Assembly: GCA_965369655.1 (NCBI GenBank)
Contig: CBDUQR010000026.1
Span: 1-40,881 of the forward strand
Reading direction: 5' to 3'
Length of the DNA stretch: 40,881 nt
From: an uncultured bacterium
Lineage (GTDB): Bacteria > Zixibacteria > MSB-5A5 > JAABVY01 > JAHJOQ01
Below, piece by piece: positions 37,373 to 40,881 of this stretch. Positions within the stretch are counted from its first letter, which is position 1, and every line of letters begins with the position of its first letter. The notes under the pieces were generated by a model, which saw nothing but the letters and a program-made list of their open reading frames with translations, was not told the DNA's origin and did not search any database. The position numbers were made by a program, and so were the translations under genes.

Positions 37373-38677
37373 TTATGGATTGTCCGTCGCCGACGCAATG
37401 CTGCTCTCGACGATTGTTGGCGTGACGAATATTATCAGGTCGCGGTTTTCGACTCTTTTCTTGCGATACTTGAACAGGTAGCCAAGAATCGGAATGTCCT
37501 TGAGAATCGGAATGCCCGACTCGCTCTCGATCAGGTCCTGAGTCGTGAGTCCGCCGATTACAGCGGTCTGACCATTGTCGACCACGACGTTAGTCTCGGC
37601 GTTATTCGTATTGATGATCAGGCCGTTCGGGTCGAATTCATAGGTCGAACGCTCAGGCTTGAGATGCATGAGAATCCTGTTCTTCGATGTGATATGCGGC
37701 GTAACCCTCAGGATCGTCCCGACTTCTTCGTAGACGATTACGACATTCCCAGAGCCGTCAAACTGCTTCACGGGAATCTTCTGACCCATCTGGATTCTCG
37801 CTTCCAGATTATCGATCGTTGTGATCTCCGGATGCGCGATGATTTTGCCCTTACCGTCGGCTAACAGAGCGGCGATCTTCGTGTTCAATTCCCACCCGTC
37901 CTGAATCGTCCCGAATGTGAACTGCGTGATTGGATCGGCGACATCCTCGGCGCCAAACATCTCTGTGTTGTGGTTGTAGCTCGTCCCGTCAGCTTTGGTC
38001 TTTGAGCCTCTGATGTCCCAGTCGATTCCGATCTCTTGCAGAGCGCTCGAGGATACCTCGACGAGCTGAGCGGATATCTTGATCTGCGGCGTCTCGCGAT
38101 CGAGTTCCTTCACGAACGACTCAACGATATCCAGATTGCTCGGGATATCCTGAACGATAAGCGCGTTTGTGCGAGCATCGACCTCGACAGACCCTCTCCC
38201 GGTCAACAACGATTGGATAGGCGTTACCAGGTCAGGCGCCGAAGCATGATCGACATCTACGATCCGGCTCTCGAGTTGAACGATGTTATCGTGATCTGCC
38301 TGATGCTGCTGGAGTGATTTGGACTCCTCCATCCACTGCCTGGTCGGAAGAACCCGTATGTATCCCTTTTCCTGCACAGCGGTCAGACCATAGGTCTTCA
38401 TCACGATGTCAAGCGCCTGTTTCCAACTGACATCGTTCAGACTCAGGGTCACCAGGGCGTCGACTGTCGGCGCCGTCACAATATTAACCTGCCCATAATC
38501 AGCAAGCTGGTTCAGGACAAGTTTGATGTCTGCGCTCTGGAAATTGAGTGACTCGATCGTGGCCCCCCTCGAGCCGACCGATGTACTCTGACCGTTGAGA
38601 GAAACCGCTCCCGACATCAGGAGGAGCATCAATGTGAACGCTGTCAACGATACGATTCTGATTCTTCTCAATCGCAT
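37373..38677 (-). CDS. pilQ: Type IV pilus secretin (compact, no AMIN domain)
   Basis: LNFQSADI N0 domain, VSWKQALD, VDARTNALIV…LD..TPQIKI, LRVTPHIT, GQTAVIGG and GIPILKDIPILGYLFK…LIIFVTPTIV motifs. Confidence 0.92.
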   Translation of the reverse strand: MRLRRIRIVSLTAFTLMLLLMSGAVSLNGQSTSVGSRGATIESLNFQSADIKLVLNQLADYGQVNIVTAPTVDALVTLSLNDVSWKQALDIVMKTYGLTAVQEKGYIRVLPTRQWMEESKSLQQHQADHDNIVQLESRIVDVDHASAPDLVTPIQSLLTGRGSVEVDARTNALIVQDIPSNLDIVESFVKELDRETPQIKISAQLVEVSSSALQEIGIDWDIRGSKTKADGTSYNHNTEMFGAEDVADPITQFTFGTIQDGWELNTKIAALLADGKGKIIAHPEITTIDNLEARIQMGQKIPVKQFDGSGNVVIVYEEVGTILRVTPHITSKNRILMHLKPERSTYEFDPNGLIINTNNAETNVVVDNGQTAVIGGLTTQDLIESESGIPILKDIPILGYLFKYRKKRVENRDLIIFVTPTIVESSIASATDNP

Positions 38678-38689
38678 TTTATCCTCACT

Positions 38690-40207
38690 TTAGTCATCCG
38701 TTTCCATCCTCAACGCAACGGTACGACTCCAACCGTACTCACTTAAATGAAAGATGATTTTGTCCCGACCAATCTGAACTACATAACCGTTCTTGACCGA
38801 GTCGCCATCCTTCAGGATATACCCGTATCCCTCGAGATCTTCGAGAAGGGCGCTGGCTTCGTCATTGGCCTTAAGCACTCCGACAAGACGCAGCGATTCG
38901 ACGTCGGGAATCTCGTCCGGCCCACTTCCCGACCGCCCCCGACTATCGATTAGCGCTGCGAACGGATCGGGTTTTCCCCAGGACTGATAAGTAATAATCT
39001 TACGCTTCGGGAATCTGTCTGCGAGCGTGCCCGATGTCTTGGTGGGTGCGTCGGGATTTTTCCTGAAGTCGTCTCCTTCGGGTTCCTTGCTCGGAAGATT
39101 CGGCTTGGGAGTCTCTGCCGGGGTCTGCTCGTCCGTGCCGTCTTTCCCGTCACCGTCCTGCGCCCCGGTCTCTCGATTCAGGGCCGAATCGGTAAGGCCG
39201 GCAGGCTGCAATAGCTTGTTTTCGGTGGCAGGGACCTTCGGAGTCGGCACTGCCTGCTTCTTAGCCGACGGTGGGGCAGGTACGACATCAGCCTGAGCCA
39301 TTACAACAGGTTCGGAGTGTGGCGTCTGGCGCTCAGGGACAGATGTGACTGCCACAGGAGGATTGATCGCCATATCCGATGCAGTGTATGATTCGGCTTC
39401 TGGTTTCTCTTCTGCTATCGTTGAAGAGGCCCTGTGGATTTGCGGCTCCGTTTTGGTCGGTTCTTCTTCGATCTGAGCCATATCGAACTCTGGCCTGAAA
39501 ACGTCCATCGCAAGCCTTGGTTCTTCATATTCTTTCACCGGCTGGGCTTGTTCGACGATGGCTGCGCTCTGATCCGGTTCTGCTGCACTCTTCTGAACCT
39601 GGCGCTCTACCCACGAAGGGAGCTTCGGGCCATTGTCAGGCTTTTCGGAGACTACACTGCTTACCAGCACAGGCTCCGGCTCTTCAGACTCCACAGACCC
39701 CGTGTTATTCTGATCGCTCGGCAGGCTGAGAGCAAGTTGAAGCTTCTCAGATTCCGACATGGGTTGAGCGCACCAGAACGGGAATTCCGGGTCATCCGGC
39801 GTGATCAGTGCAATTGTCACGCTGTTGTCGGTGGACCTTGTCTTGTATGTCACTCTGCCGCTAACATCGAGCACTACCCGGACAGTCCTCTCAGGCTTCA
39901 CTGAGAACTGACTCGTTCGTATGCTTGTGATGGTCCGGCTCGGTAACTCTGTAAAATTGAAGCGCGGCAGCTTGTGCACGGCTTCCCTGATGTCGAGCAC
40001 AACGCGGTACGGCTTGCCCGCGCCCGGATCAACAATCTCATGCGAAAACTCGACGCGGTCGGAAGTATAGATCGTAACTTCCGTGAAGCTGTCCAGCTTC
40101 TTGAGACTGATGTTGTCGACTGTCACTGCGGCCTGAAGGGAGGTCGATAACCCGACGACGCCTGTCACGACCGCCACAATAAGCAATTTCCTGGTATAGC
40201 GGATCAT
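38690..40207 (-). CDS. AMIN domain + long Pro/Glu-rich linker + PilP-like domain
   Basis: Sec signal peptide without lipobox; PYRVVLDI…ITSIRTSQF…TVRVVLD AMIN motifs; C-terminal Y…GKPDPF…LRLVGVL…ALLED..G.GY.LK.GD; located between pilO and pilQ. Confidence 0.75.
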   Translation of the reverse strand: MIRYTRKLLIVAVVTGVVGLSTSLQAAVTVDNISLKKLDSFTEVTIYTSDRVEFSHEIVDPGAGKPYRVVLDIREAVHKLPRFNFTELPSRTITSIRTSQFSVKPERTVRVVLDVSGRVTYKTRSTDNSVTIALITPDDPEFPFWCAQPMSESEKLQLALSLPSDQNNTGSVESEEPEPVLVSSVVSEKPDNGPKLPSWVERQVQKSAAEPDQSAAIVEQAQPVKEYEEPRLAMDVFRPEFDMAQIEEEPTKTEPQIHRASSTIAEEKPEAESYTASDMAINPPVAVTSVPERQTPHSEPVVMAQADVVPAPPSAKKQAVPTPKVPATENKLLQPAGLTDSALNRETGAQDGDGKDGTDEQTPAETPKPNLPSKEPEGDDFRKNPDAPTKTSGTLADRFPKRKIITYQSWGKPDPFAALIDSRGRSGSGPDEIPDVESLRLVGVLKANDEASALLEDLEGYGYILKDGDSVKNGYVVQIGRDKIIFHLSEYGWSRTVALRMETDD

Positions 40208-40214
40208 ATCGCAC

Positions 40215-40823
40215 CTACTCACTTAGTCCACTGAGGTTTCCATCTGGGAGAACGAAGTAAGTCGTAAGCATCATCTTCGCTTCCAGGCTTCTCGAATCAT
40301 GCAGAGTCCTTCTGTCGGAAGTATGCTGAAGGGAGGTCTCAGGCAAGCCTTCGATCTCCACATTGCTGACATTTGTAATGAACGGGAAGTTTGCGATACT
40401 CGCGAGGAACTCGCCGAGTTCGTGATACGTCCCGGTGAATTTGAGCTTATAGTCTGCAATCGAATAGTATTGGGTCGCTCTGGTTTCGACCGGCTCGAGT
40501 TCCAGCAGTCTCGATTGTGTGACCGACGCTGCGGAATGAAGCTGCATAAGAAATCTCGGCAGTTGACGTTTTTCCGGAAGCAGAGTCTCTATGGCAACGT
40601 ACCGTCCGCGGAGCAGATCATACTCACTACGCAGACCATCGAGGCTCTTTGCCTTCAGTTCCACAGCTTTCAAGTCGGTCATGATCGATTCATACTGACT
40701 TCTCTTGGCAGCGAGCTGTTCGTCGTTCGATGTATAGACCCTGGAATACCAGAAGTAGATTACAAGGAGAAAGCCCAGCACCAGGAGGGCAATCTTCTGT
40801 GTTTTCGGATCTTTGAGGTCCAT
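40215..40823 (-). CDS. pilO: Type IV pilus assembly protein PilO
   Basis: N-terminal TM, coiled coil, LLPEKRQLP and FTGTYHELGEFL..IANFP motifs; GGAGG before ATG 40823. Confidence 0.88.
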   Translation of the reverse strand: MDLKDPKTQKIALLVLGFLLVIYFWYSRVYTSNDEQLAAKRSQYESIMTDLKAVELKAKSLDGLRSEYDLLRGRYVAIETLLPEKRQLPRFLMQLHSAASVTQSRLLELEPVETRATQYYSIADYKLKFTGTYHELGEFLASIANFPFITNVSNVEIEGLPETSLQHTSDRRTLHDSRSLEAKMMLTTYFVLPDGNLSGLSE

Positions 40824-40839
40824 CAATTTCCTCCGTAAG

Positions 40840-40881
40840 CTATCTCTCGGCAATGGCCGGGCCAGGAATGTTTTCGATCGG
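40840..40881 (-). CDS. 3' end of upstream gene, probably PilN (partial)
   Basis: Open frame PIENIPGPAIAER* ends 16 nt before pilO; identity inferred from gene order only. Confidence 0.35.
   Translation of the reverse strand, partial: PIENIPGPAIAER

Overview
Bacterial chromosomal window, mostly housekeeping genes. Several features suggest an FCB-affiliated lineage, most plausibly candidate division Zixibacteria (inference, not verified): a cohesin/dockerin protein with a T9SS-type C-terminal tail, the contiguous rplM-rpsI-rpsB-tsf-pyrH-frr-uppS-cdsA order, and LPS heptose genes. Left to right: a large secreted cohesin-dockerin protein, YceI, a ROK kinase, an ArsR-TPM-TPM operon, amrS/gmhB/GT9/uppP, a beta-barrel protein, a BsuBI/PstI-type restriction-modification pair, frameshifted prfB, pta, an AbiJ-like defence gene, an aminotransferase, uvrC, NlpC/P60, a UbiA prenyltransferase, the translation cluster, an acyl-CoA synthetase and the distal part of a type IV pilus pilO-pilP-pilQ operon. 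The most unusual signal is intergenic. At least three families of REP-like palindromes occur, nested inside one another. A 21-24 bp TCCTGA...CGA(A/G)GGG mini-element is inserted into other REP hairpins four times, with empty alleles visible in the same window. REP pairs also bracket cargo genes, including a perfect 28-bp inverted repeat around the AbiJ-like gene. No transposase, CRISPR array, tRNA or rRNA gene was recognised. All family calls come from motif recognition by eye; no database search was run.
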